Shown: positions 27,341 to 39,669, counted from the first letter of the whole stretch. The stretch: DNA of 63,712 nucleotides, filler included, from Octopus bimaculoides (GCF_001194135.2; 5 parts of 5 records of this genome joined end to end with filler, not necessarily neighbours in it), one strand, 5' to 3'. A program made the numbers and translations. Notes: generated by a model not told the origin, from the sequence alone.

Positions 27341-27835
27341 ATTATTATTATTATTATTATGTAATGAAAACTCACAGCCTCTTTTGCTGAGTAAGATGGA
27401 AAGTGTCAGCTGTCCACAGCCAGACAACTAAGATGATACTTGTTTACTGGTCAAGCTTCAAGAATTCTTGCAGCTCCAAGCAATGCTGATTTTATAGGTG
27501 TTCTACCTTCACACTTGCACCGATCTTTTTCAGCCATGTTGGTAGTTGACTGCTGATACTTTCAAGTGCATCAATTATTGCTGGTATCATGTCTACTCTC
27601 CTCATTGACCACAACCTTCGTATTTCCCACTTCAAATTGTCATAGTTGTTTATTTTTCTTCTTCTTCCACATTGATTCTGTTGTCACCGGGGCATGCTAT
27701 GTCGATTATCATGCATGCTCTTACTTTTTTATTCACCACAACAATGTTCGGTTTCTGATGTCTGGTCAGGTGATTGAATTGGATCATTGCATCCCACAGG
27801 ATTTTGCAATTCTCAATTTCGGTGACTCCTTCTGA
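27341..27835 (-). mobile_element. R4/Dong-type non-LTR retrotransposon 3' end (restriction-like endonuclease, 3' UTR, (TAA)n tail)
   Basis: KILWDAMIQ...KPNIVVVNKK...IIDIACPGD..., frameshift, NLKWEIRRLW...KSALLGAARIL; then a short UTR and (TAA)n. Confidence 0.85.
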
Positions 27836-28893
27836 GGATGATGATGATGATGATGATGTCTCTTGCCCACAGACAGTCTAGCTGTGGACCCCTACATCTT
27901 ATCTCTTGCACACAGCACTCATCTGTACGTCTGCTCTAGCATTTCACAATCTCGTGAGACCTACCTTTCATTAACCAGCGTTGATTGGGGCAACTCTGAA
28001 CTTTTGGATTTGGGAAGCCTGTGAGGGACGTTAGGGGGGTGTTTTCAGCGTCTGGAAAGAGGAATATTTTTGCGATTACTTGCCAGCAGGGACCAGTTCC
28101 TTGTGCTTAGCACACTGTGATAGTATATACTTCTAAATTATCATCATCGGCATTGTGTAAAAATATGTTCCAAAACATACACTCACGTGCACATAAGAGC
28201 ATACATGGACAATTAAATTCATGTAAAATATGTATGTGGAGCCCACACCCGCAGAATATTAAATTCATACATGTACCCATATTCCGACGCACTCATAAGG
28301 CATAATATTGTCATCTGCCATACACAAACACACACACACATAATCATGTTCACAAAAATATGTACATGTTCGTATGTGAGCAGTTTTAAACAAACATACA
28401 CAAGCAGTCATATGTGTGTTTGCGCTTGAACTTCCTTCACAAACGTGGCGGTGAGAGATGACTGAAAGTGGTAATGAAATTGAAATGAGATCGCTCGACT
28501 AGGCAGATTTCTATGAAAATTTCTAACAGAAATGGAAAATTGCTTATCGATATAGAACCCCAATATTTAGTACCTGTAAGACAGATAGAAAGATCGAAAG
28601 AGACACGTCCAGAATATCATACAGTGAAAATGAGAGGAATAGAGGTGATATTATTACTATCCTTAAGAGAATTCAGACTGAGAAATTGGTGGTGTAGGCT
28701 GTTGGACCGAAAGAAATTTTAATATGTATATATTCATTATCACTAGTAACTATACATATTTATAAAATTAAAATAGTAAGGTAAAAAAAAATGGATATTA
28801 ATTAATATCAATTTAATACTAGGGAACTAGAACATTGAAAGAATCAGGAGATTCAGAAAAATTATCTGAGATCTCAAAGGATTATTGTATATG

Positions 28894-29156
28894 TGTGGTG
28901 TTATGGGCTGTGATGAGCTGTGTGTTGTGGTGGAGAGAGGTGAGGCAACAGGGCCAGACCGGAAGGGTCAGATTGGAAGTCGGCGACACGCGGTCGAAGG
29001 CTAGCACGTGGAGTCAGTCAGAAAACAGAGAGGTTACGAGAAAGACGTGTTCTGATCAGGAGCGATCGTGTATTCCGCTGCGGTCGACAAGGTAAGGTCC
29101 AACGTTTCATTCTGTCCTTTTGCTTCTTGTTGTCTTTCTTCCTCCATCACACCACA
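28894..29156 (+). mobile_element. Candidate 5' LTR of the Gypsy element
   Basis: GC-rich block bounded by TGTGGTG...CACCACA (TG..CA, 7-bp inverted ends) directly upstream of gag. No second LTR is visible to confirm the ends. Confidence 0.5.
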
Positions 29157-29187
29157 AGCTATTTCGGCCCATAAAAAAAAGAAAATT

Positions 29188-29892
29188 ATGAGTGTAGTCC
29201 GGATTTCTAGTGATATAATTAAACCGTTTTGCGGCGACACGGACGTGGTCGCATGGCTAAAAAAGATGAAGCTGGTCGCGAAGCTCCAAGGGATATGCGA
29301 CTTGGCAAGTTTTCTACCGCTCTACTTGGATGGTCCGGCGTTGGCGCTATTTTTAGAGATGGAAGAGAGGGACCAAGTTAGTGCGGAGAAAATAGAAATC
29401 CGCTTGATGGAGGCCTTCGCAGAAGGAATGTCTGAGGCGTACGCTCGCCTGGGGAGAGCGAAGTGGACTGGCGAACAGGTCGACGTGTTTGCCAACGAAC
29501 TTAGGAGGTTGGCTAGACTGGCGGGGTACGAGGGAGAATCGCTGGATCGAACAGTAAAGTTGGCGTTTATAACTGGGTTTCCTGACCACCTGTCGGTCGA
29601 ATTGCACAAACTGCCGGACGTGAACACCATGCCCATGGCGGATATAATAACGAGAGCTCGTATGTTAGTGTCGTGTCGTACGTCGACACCGTTGGCAGCA
29701 GCGGCGACAGCAAAAAGTGGCCGACCAAGGAGTAGCGGAGAGGGGTCGAACAAGAAACGTGTGCGACCGTTCAAAGGACAGTGTTTCCGGTGTCAGGGCC
29801 CGCACATGGTGCGAGACTGCAAGTTACCCAATCCTGAGGTCATCTGCTACCGTTGTCGAGGAACGGGACATATAGCCAGCGAATGTCTGTAA
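29188..29892 (+). CDS. gag: Ty3/Gypsy LTR retrotransposon Gag (234 aa) with two zinc knuckles
   Basis: Open ORF MSVVRISSDIIKPFCGDTDVVAWLKK... ending CFRCQGPHMVRDC and CYRCRGTGHIASEC (CCHC motifs). GC-rich and CpG-rich compared with the host DNA. Confidence 0.9.
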   Translation: MSVVRISSDIIKPFCGDTDVVAWLKKMKLVAKLQGICDLASFLPLYLDGPALALFLEMEERDQVSAEKIEIRLMEAFAEGMSEAYARLGRAKWTGEQVDVFANELRRLARLAGYEGESLDRTVKLAFITGFPDHLSVELHKLPDVNTMPMADIITRARMLVSCRTSTPLAAAATAKSGRPRSSGEGSNKKRVRPFKGQCFRCQGPHMVRDCKLPNPEVICYRCRGTGHIASECL

Positions 29893-29993
29893 GGAAACGG
29901 TCTAAGGGAGACTACTGCGCCAGTGGTCTCCCTTTCAGATCAATAAAGGCGCAATTTTTTCTACCCGTTGTTGATGTGCTGGTGGATGGGAAG
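29893..29993 (+). mobile_element. Start of Gypsy pol (region preceding the protease) in the -1 frame, cut off by a gap
   Basis: The -1 frame reads KRSKGDYCASGLPFRSIKAQFFLPVVDVLVDGK, like the lead-in to a retroviral-type aspartyl protease. Confidence 0.65.
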
Positions 29994-30093
29994 NNNNNNN
30001 NNNNNNNNNNNNNNNNNNNNNNNNNNNNNNNNNNNNNTTAATTAATTAANNNNNNNNNNNNNNNNNNNNNNNNNNNNNNNNNNNNNNNNNNNN

Positions 30094-30140
<47 letters not shown>

Positions 30141-32997
30141 CTTTGTAACTAATTGCTGTTTAAGTCAATGTCCATGACCCATCCATACAATGCTATCTGT
30201 CTATCCTTTTCTTTCTTTCTTTTCCTTTTCTTCTTTTAAAATCTCTAGTCTTCCTCTACTTGAACCATCTGCTTTCCTTGACTCTCACTCCAGCACTCAA
30301 ATCACTATCTTCTAGATGTACCTGTTAGAGAAAGTATCTGCAGCATTTGTATCCCAGGAAGCAGGTCTTCTGTCTGAGCATTTGCTGTTACTATGGTCCA
30401 GTAAGGTGTGTTCCTAACTGTCAATATGCATGCAAATGCTGAGGATCATTTAAGTGTTTTATTTCCACTTGTTTGTTGGTGGCATCTTTTGACACTGAAA
30501 TTACATGACAGCACATAGCAGCCTTTCTTTATCACATATACCATAATGCTTGGCACATGTCTGAGCCCATGAGAAGTGTCATGCCAACTTGGGAGGTACC
30601 ATTATCTAACTTCATACAAATATGGGACATTGGAAGGCATTCCCCTATGGCTCTCTTACAACATTGAACCATACAAGATCTTTCTGATTTTTTGTGCATA
30701 CAGCTGCAAGCACACTCTCCATCTGGTTTCTCAATAACTGTCTTATCCAAATGTTGCTGCTTTTGTGATGCCAGTATAACTTTAACATCAAAATACACCA
30801 CCCATTACTCCTAAACAAACATAGGTATCCACTTTTCTAGTAAAATTAACACATGACTTGGTTTAACACTCTCTCTTCATGGCTCTTGTTTTTTTCTTGT
30901 GTTTTCTCACTGGTTTATTGAACCAGCCAGAGAACATTACACTCTGCTAAGACCCAGGTTATGTAAATAGGTACTCCATGTTGTCTCATTCCCTATTCTT
31001 AGCAGTCCAGCCACACACATCTATTTTCTCTTCACACAAAAATTGGCTGGAGTGGAATCATTCATTGTCTACACTCCCTTTAGTTTCAATATGAGATACA
31101 TTTCACTTGAACAAGACTAGATTTTCCATATCTGGATTCTGTGTCGTGATAAAACAACATTGGTTGAATTTTTTTTCACCACACCAATGCAAACAATGGA
31201 GCCTGTGTGGCTCCTGGCCATGCCAACTCCTGTTAAACCGTCCAATCCATGCCAGCATGGAAAACAAACATTAAATGATGATGTCACCAGCAAATATTTT
31301 TAGTTACTTAGGCCTAAAGACTCTCTTTTTGATTCCTCTAAGCTCATCTGTTGCACTGTTCTTTGAATTCCTTCACCTGTCAGCTGGTGTTCAAACGCAT
31401 CCCATCTTGCATTGAGAATATCTATGTTAACCCTTTAGCATCTAAAGTGGTCATATCCAGCCAAAATATCCTGCCACTTTTATGTTCAAACTGACCAGAT
31501 CCAACATCTCATACCAGCCCTACAATGTCATTCTAAAAATATTGAAGCCACAAGACAGTGTATGATTAATAAAAAGACAATGTGAATAAATAAGCCTTAC
31601 ACTTGACAGAATAATCTGAATACTGAAGGATTAAAGTGTCTCTCTGTGAAGCTAACTTCAGTAACTTCAATGCAAACAACAATTCTTATCTCTGACATTC
31701 CTCCCACACAGACACTGCTGACACTGAAGGTGAACCATTAGAATTATTTGCACAAGATAGTATCCTTCTCCTATCTCAGTCACTGATCTACAGACTGAGT
31801 TGGTATATACTTCAATCTCACTAGTCTAGGAATCCCTGCAGAATTCCTGGACACTTACTTCCTTCTATTGACTAAATAAAAAGAAAACATTCAGTCTTCC
31901 TATATTGTCATGTCTTCATTAGTTTATGAATAGCCTGCATGGATATGAACGTTGTGCACCTCTCTTAGGTATCAGCTGTTAAGTTATCCTGTGGAAAAGA
32001 GTATTACCTTCTTCACCTTGGCCAAATCCCAACATACTTTCTTTGCCCTTCTAGAAAAGAAAAAAATACTATCTCTTTCCTTTCTACTATTGTCTCTAAT
32101 AATCTAAAATAAAGGTTAATTTAATTGGTATAAAGCCATAGATTTTATAAGCAAAACTGCCCTCTATGAGCTTTGAACTCACAGTGTAAAAGTACAGAAC
32201 TAAATGCCAAAAAGCATTTAGTCAGATGCTTATTCCTTTCTTAAAATTCACTACATCTTAATTTTAAAAAATCACAGTTTCATATATTGGCACAATAGTG
32301 CATATCTATTGTGGATGGGCACTGTCAGCTGAACAGACCCTATGTATACTTGGTACTCAATTTATTGACTTTGAAAGAATGAAGTTAAGTGGACCTCAGA
32401 ATTTAGAATACAGGGAGATAGCCCTCAGTACTGTGAAGTATTTGGTCCAGAGTTTCAGTGTTGGCATCCACTCACAAAAAAATTTTCTTTTTTGTAAATA
32501 TCAAGTTTCGCAGGAAGAGGATGAGAGGTTGTATCACTCATGATAACCACCCTACAACCATCACGATCCACTGGGCTGATGCTTGTCTTTTGTTTCTATA
32601 ACATAAGGTAAATGAGGGTCAAAATGTCTGCTAACTGGATAGAGCTCCAGTCTATTGCTGCAACTTTTCTCATGAGTGGAGTTGAAGGACTTGTCCTTCA
32701 TTACGACCAACATGGGTTTTATTTCAGCTGACAATGTTACTCTGTGATGGGTTTCTGATGTAAAAAGAAAATGTATTTACTTTTTAGAGTATGATAAACA
32801 CCAACTCATTGTACCATTATATCTAGTAATAATTAATACTATAAGCTCTCGCTTACAGGTAACATACTCCAGGTGAAATAAAAAATTAAATCCTCTTTTA
32901 ATTATCCCAAATATGCCCCTTACAAAGCAGTTTTTAAAATTCATTATCATAGGTATAAAAATTATGCTATTGAAGTATTAAATTTCTTTTAACTGCT

Positions 32998-33036
<39 letters not shown>

Positions 33037-33664
33037 AAGCAAGTACAATTTAATTGAATCTCAAGTATTTTACTAGTATTTATTGATCTCTCCCAATGCA
33101 GACCAAAAAACTGAAGATCCATCATTGTATAGGGATTATCAAAAAAGATAAAAGTAATAAAATGACTGTTTATATAGATTGTGTTAGATATAAAGGATCA
33201 CTGTAAAGTCATTGACAACTCTTGGTAATGCTGTTGGTGAAGAATCAACAAGATTTTCAAAGCAGAATATGCTGGAACAATATTAATTCCTGTTACCTTT
33301 TCTGGGCTCTCAGTGGTGGTAGTAAATGGAATTATTTTAGCATTACTAACTAACAAAAACTCCTTAATTTAGAGTGCTCTTTCATAGCTTACAATAAGAG
33401 TGCACTAGTGATATTTAAGTGTCTTTGTCATGGATTCTGCTAATTGGATGACAAGGGACAAATCTCACACCCATTGACTAGACTACCAGCAGCTGTTCTC
33501 AGATTTATAGAAAAGAGGAAATGATATTCTGCATTTACACCTTTCTCAAGAGTGTGAGAATGACTACAAATGGCATAGGTAACACAAAGGATTTAATCCT
33601 GTCTCATGAAAGTCTTTCTCATAATCTATGATACTTTCCATTTTGTAACAATAAATAATCTTTT

Positions 33665-33872
33665 CTACACTAGGCACAAGGCCCGAAATTTTTAGGGAGG
33701 TGGCCAGTCGATTAGATTGACCCCAGTACACAACTGGTACTTAAGTTATTGACCCCGAAAGGATGAAAGGCAAAGTTGACCTCAGTGGAATTTAACTCAG
33801 TATGTAGTGATGGACGAAATACCGCTTAGCATTTCGTCCAGCACGCTAATGATTCTGCCAGCTTGCTGCCTT
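33665..33872 (-). mobile_element. Family B SINE
   Basis: Contains GACCCCGAAAGGATGAAAGGCAAAGTTGACCTC, the reverse complement of the family B core. Confidence 0.8.
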
Positions 33873-35311
33873 CTGTAACAATAGATAATGAATGAGTCAA
33901 AGAAGAACCCTTTAAGTGATTACTTAACTTGCTAGACATAGCATCTAAATCTCCCTCTAATTACATTTTAAACAAGGACGGATAAACTGGATATTGTAGA
34001 CTTATATATACCATAATACAGTTCTATATTTAAGAGATGAGGAATTATGTACATTATATATATATTTTTTTCTTTTGTTGTTTTTAGTATGTCTCTTTAC
34101 TACTTAATCTTCTCAAGAAAAATTTTTAATTTCATCAAACTAAAAAGTATTATAATTTTAAATGTACTTACAAAAAACTTCTTTCTTAAATTCAATTGTG
34201 TTTTATGTATTACATCGACATTTGTCTATTTATGTATATTTATGTATTTTGGAATTTTTATTTCCATTTTATATAGAATATATTTTATATAAGTTTCAAA
34301 CGTGTATTTTAATTATGTTCTTTTAGACTCCTCAGGTGTTGCCTCCATAAAAATATTATTTTGAATATAGCTCACGAGCACTACATCTTCTTATCTGTAT
34401 ATGAATGTGAGCTATTGTTAACATTAACAAGCTCTAAATAAACTAAATAAACCTAACGGTTGTAAGTTTAGTGTTCTAACCACTGAGCCATGTGCCTTCA
34501 CATAATATATATATGTATGTATGCACATATCTGTATATACATATGTAAATATATGTATATATGTATATGTATATATGTATGTATATATATATATTTGTAT
34601 ATATATATATANNNNNNNNNNNNNNNNNNNNNNNNNNNNNNNNNNNNNNNNNNNNNNNNNNNNNNNNNNNNNNNNNNNNNNNNNNNNNNNNNNNNNNNNN
34701 NNNNNNNNNNNNNNNNNNNNNNNNNNNNNNNNNNNNNNNNNNNNNNNNNNNNNNNNNNNNNNNNNNNNNNNNNNNNNNNNNNNNNNNNNNNNNNNNNNNN
34801 NNNNNNNNNNNNNNNNNNNNNNNNNNNNNNNNNNNNNNNNNNNNNNNNNNNNNNNNNNNNNNNNNNNNNNNNNNNNNNNNNNNNNNNNNNNNNNNNNNNN
34901 NNNNNNNNNNNNNNNNNNNNNNNNNNNNNNNNNNNNNNNNNNNNNNNNNNNNNNNNNNNNNNNNNNNNNNNNNNNNNNNNNNNNNNNNNNNNNNNNNNNN
35001 NNNNNNNNNNNNNNNNNNNNNNNNNNNNNNNNNNNNNNNNNNNNNNNNNNNNNNNNNNNNNNNNNNNNNNNNNNNNNNNNNNNNNNNNNNNNNNNNNNNN
35101 NNNNNNNNNNNNNNNNNNNNNNNNNNNNNNNNNNNNNNNNNNNNNNNNNNNNNNNNNNNNNNNNNNNNNNNNNNNNNNNNNNNNNNNNNNNNNNNNNNNN
35201 NNNNNNNNNNNNNNNNNNNNNNNNNNNNNNNNNNNNNNNNNNNNNNNNNNNNNNNNNNNNNNNNNNNNNNNNNNNNNNNNNNNNNNNNNNNNNNNNNNNN
35301 NNNNNNNNNNN

Positions 35312-35375
<64 letters not shown>

Positions 35376-35534
35376 CAGAAAAATATGAGTTAAAGTTTTT
35401 GCAACCACATAAGGGATAAATGTATCTACAGGCACTACTGGTGTGTTACCTCACTATTTATAGTCCTAGCTATAAGGTATACAGTAGTTGGTAATTTAGA
35501 GGTAAAACTGTGGTTTAATATATATATATAGAAA

Positions 35535-35984
35535 AGAAGAGAAAGCTTCTAACCAAATCAGGATTTACATCAGAGGAAGAAATGATGCAAGTTACGAAAT
35601 GTGGAGACCCCCTGGTGTGGGACATGTGATTTAATAGAACATGGATTATCCAAAAAATTCAAGAATGGAAAGGAATTAAAGTTGAATGCAAATATGAACT
35701 GTAAAAGCAAAAACCTGATATATTGTATCACATGACCACAATGCAACAAACATTATATTGGGGAAACAAAAACGAAACTAACCAACTGTGTAAATGTGTA
35801 CAGACATCAAATAAAACAACCTGCACTTAGATGCATACCATGTAGCGATCATTTGGAGACATGTGCACAAGGAAAATTTACAATTTTCCCACTTCATAAA
35901 AGAAATGAAGAGAATGACCTTCTCCAGAAGGCAAAAGAAGAATATTTCATAAGATTTCTCAGTCCAAAACTAAAACGGAAATAG
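35535..35984 (+). mobile_element. Penelope-like GIY-YIG endonuclease relic
   Basis: KLLTKSGF...QVTKCGDP/CGTCDLI...KNLIYCIT*PQCNKHYIGETKTKL...YRHQI...CSDHLETC...KEEYFIRFLSPKL; one frameshift and one stop. Confidence 0.88.
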
Positions 35985-36209
35985 ACAACAACAATTTTAC
36001 TGAAAACAACTTCCACTACATATAATAACATGTGCTTGAAAACATTAAAAACTGAAAGCGCTTGCACATCCATAAAAGCAAAGCCCACACACATTTTGTG
36101 AAATCTCTTACCAAAGGTTAGTGTCTCTCGACTTTCTAAAAAGGTTCTTTTCTCAATCTTAACTCTTTGAGAGAAAATCTTCTCTCCAAATACATATATA
36201 TAAAGATAA

Positions 36210-36240
<31 letters not shown>

Positions 36241-37084
36241 CATACATGCATACATATATACATACATATATACAAACATATATACATATGTACATGGAGT
36301 CTTGTATCTTTTTAGGAAATTGCCACCTCCCTTGGGGGAAGATTTATAATAATTATCAAAAAATAGATGAGACATAGATGCATGCATGTGTTCATGCATG
36401 GATACACANNNNNNNNNNNNNNNNNNNNNNNNNNNNNNNNNNNNNNNNNNNNNNNNNNNNNNNNNNNNNNNNNNNNNNNNNNNNNNNNNNNNNNNNNNNN
36501 NNNNNNNNNNNNNNNNNNNNNNNNNNNNNNNNNNNNNNNNNNNNNNNNNNNNNNNNNNNNNNNNNNNNNNNNNNNNNNNNNNNNNNNNNNNNNNNNNNNN
36601 NNNNNNNNNNNNNNNNNNNNNNNNNNNNNNNNNNNNNNNNNNNNNNNNNNNNNNNNNNNNNNNNNNNNNNNNNNNNNNNNNNNNNNNNNNNNNNNNNNNN
36701 NNNNNNNNNNNNNNNNNNNNNNNNNNNNNNNNNNNNNNNNNNNNNNNNNNNNNNNNNNNNNNNNNNNNNNNNNNNNNNNNNNNNNNNNNNNNNNNNNNNN
36801 NNNNNNNNNNNNNNNNNNNNNNNNNNNNNNNNNNNNNNNNNNNNNNNNNNNNNNNNNNNNNNNNNNNNNNNNNNNNNNNNNNNNNNNNNNNNNNNNNNNN
36901 NNNNNNNNNNNNNNNNNNNNNNNNNNNNNNNNNNNNNNNNNNNNNNNNNNNNNNNNNNNNNNNNNNNNNNNNNNNNNNNNNNNNNNNNNNNNNNNNNNNN
37001 NNNNNNNNNNNNNNNNNNNNNNNNNNNNNNNNNNNNNNNNNNNNNNNNNNNNNNTATATATATATATATGTATGTATGTATGTA

Positions 37085-39008
37085 TGTATATATGTGTTAA
37101 ATAAAATGAGACAACAAAGCCAAGGCTATGTGGAGTTTCCAGGACATTTATTAAGAGAAAGTTAGTCTTACAGCTGTTTCTGAGATATTAGAGACATCCC
37201 TTCATTAGAGATGATGTGAGAAATTTAAATAGAGGGAAATAGTAGAGTTCAATGAAAAGAGATATTTTGGAAAAGGATGGAAATAAGAGAATAAAAATAA
37301 ATATATATATATTTATATTCATAGGTAAATAAATAAATGGAGTTAAACGCAGGTTTTATTCAAATCTTTTTACTTCCAACATATGTTTTGAAGAAAACAT
37401 TGGTATTATTTCAGAACGAATAAAATGTGGTGTAAAATATTGCAATCTTCTCATGAAGGATAGAAAGAAACTAAACACATCAATAAGACATTTTAACGGA
37501 ATGTCATGACTGCCTATATGATGAACGGATTTCTAGCATGTTTTTTTAAAAAAAAAAAACGTTAGTAGATGTAACGTCAAAAGTAGTTTATAGAAAGAGA
37601 AGGAAGAGAAAGAAAGAAATTAGCAGTAAACTAATAGTGGAGAGATATAGAGTGATAGGTGAATAGGAATAAAGCTTAAAGGCATGGAAGTAGATATATT
37701 TAGTGGAAGTGAAATGTAAGAAGACAGTCAAAGGTCGAAATTTATAGAATGGTAGAAATCACTTATATGAACTAAAGCTTTGTTTCTGCCTGAGAACAGG
37801 ATGAAATACCTTTCACTGTTACAAAGTGGGCAAAAAGATTTACCTTTATCATATGGAATAGATATAGAGGGAATATTCCATTCCAAATCAAATTGTTTAT
37901 TATGATCCTTTAGATATCAAATTAATTTACTAAGACCAGTATTGTTATGTTTATTGATATGTCTAAATGTAGAGTAATGATTAGATATTCTTTTGGACAA
38001 CTAAGATGAAGAACTACCTATATAAAAAAGACGTCAGAACTGGAAGTAATTTTACATTGATAAATAGAGTTTTTTACATTGATAAATAGAGTTTTTTACA
38101 TTGATAAATAGAGTCTTAGAATTACTGCTAAGAAGATGAATGTAATTGGAGTCAACATCCGAAACACTAACACTGCTGCTATTATTATTTAAAGAATGGT
38201 TAATGTTAACAAAATCAATGTTACTGTTTTCATTAAGTGGATTTGTATTTAACAACTTATTGTTATGTGAAGAGATGATTTATGAAAAATTTTTTGTGTT
38301 AGAAAAACCTATCCCGATTTGGTGAGAATTAACAATCGAATAGTATCTTGAATTTCTTGGGAAATTCTTTTATATAGCTTCATGAAACTGTTAGGGAGGT
38401 TGGATTTGATCTGTTTACCATATGAATTATTAACCAAACAGTTTTGCTAGGACATACCTTGTTATTAGGGTAATTATCTTAAGAAGTCCTCAATGTATCC
38501 TTATAATGAAAAAAGGGTCTTAAATAATGGTTATCTCCCTTACGCTGCAGAATTACATTACTCAATTTGGTGTTGTTATTCGAAGATTGTAATTCGAAGG
38601 TTGAGGGCTTATGATATGGGAAATATGAATCATTATGCAAGTTAAGGGTAATATCCAAAAAGTTGGCTTTAGTTATATCATCGTCAAAAACAATGGTTAA
38701 GTCCATGTTTTTGAAAAATTTAGCTAACGCTTTGTAATTTTTGGTTAGAAGCAGTTTGAAGGTAGAGTAGACAATCATCACAATATAGACCTTCATTGAT
38801 GTTTGGGAATTGGTCAACCATCTCATAAAGGATATATATACAGACCGAATCAGCGATTTGTGCTGAAACAGAACTTCCCATTGTGACATCAAAATTGTCG
38901 GGTGTATCTTTCCGGACCCATAGGTTGTTATCGAATTTAAGAATAGATTTTCTGGCAGCTAACATGACATTAATTTCATCCCTGGTGAGACCTGCTTTGT
39001 TGTGGGTA
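37085..39008 (-). mobile_element. 5'-truncated Penelope-like retroelement: RT, C-terminal GIY-YIG endonuclease, 3' UTR
   Basis: RT: FDVTMGSS..AQIAD, GLYCDDCL, NFLDITLNL..YFPYHKP. Then KTVW.N.SYG, IISSHNNKLL. EN: FYIGSS..RISNHYSTF..TGLSKLI*YLK..W.I..PY..CPLCNSERYFI. Many stops and frameshifts. Confidence 0.88.
37165..37212 (-). ncRNA. Minimal type I hammerhead-ribozyme-like motif (degenerate)
   Basis: Minus strand: ATCT-CTAATGA-A-GGGAT(loop)ATCTC-A-GAAA-CAGCTG-TA-AGAC. CUGAUGA core has G>A; stem III is palindromic. Confidence 0.5.
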
Positions 39009-39063
39009 CATATATTTTATATATATCTATATAAATATATGCATATATGTATGTATATTTCAA

Positions 39064-39139
<76 letters not shown>

Positions 39140-39669
39140 GTGCGTGAGTGTAACTAGAAATGCACACACACATATACATGGATGTTATTATCAGTATAAA
39201 TTTAACTCAGTAAATCCACCATTATAAAACTTCCCAGTCATACTTTACCTTGACATCTGCTAACCAACAACTGTTACCATAGTAACTGTTTATATGCGTG
39301 GCAATGACATTACATGAATCTAAAACTGTGTAATTGGAATGAAGGCTTTTTTATAATTGGATGACACCATGCAGAATCCTAATGTGTATTTACATGTGTA
39401 AAAATATATATGCTTATATTTGTGTATTTCTGAATGTGTTTATGTGAGTGTACACACACACAAACACATACACGCATGCACACATTCTCTCCACACACAC
39501 ATATTCCACAACACATATAATATGATTTTCCAAAGAAGTTCCAATGACCAGTCATTAGAACTCAATATACTTATACTTCACAATACTATAAAGTCCACTG
39601 ACAAGTAGATGCGAATTGTATAATGTTCTCTGTTTCAGACTCGTGAACCAGCAGATTTGTACAGAGCAT

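Noticed and set aside
28440-28600. Strong-looking minus-strand splice acceptor at 28574-28600
   Set aside because: The phase-0 reading needed to follow the anoctamin exon stops after 9 codons, and the only open frame has no anoctamin similarity.
30532-30801. 89-aa minus-strand ORF with faint LINE-like words
   Set aside because: Similarity is too weak to assign by eye; it needs a profile search.
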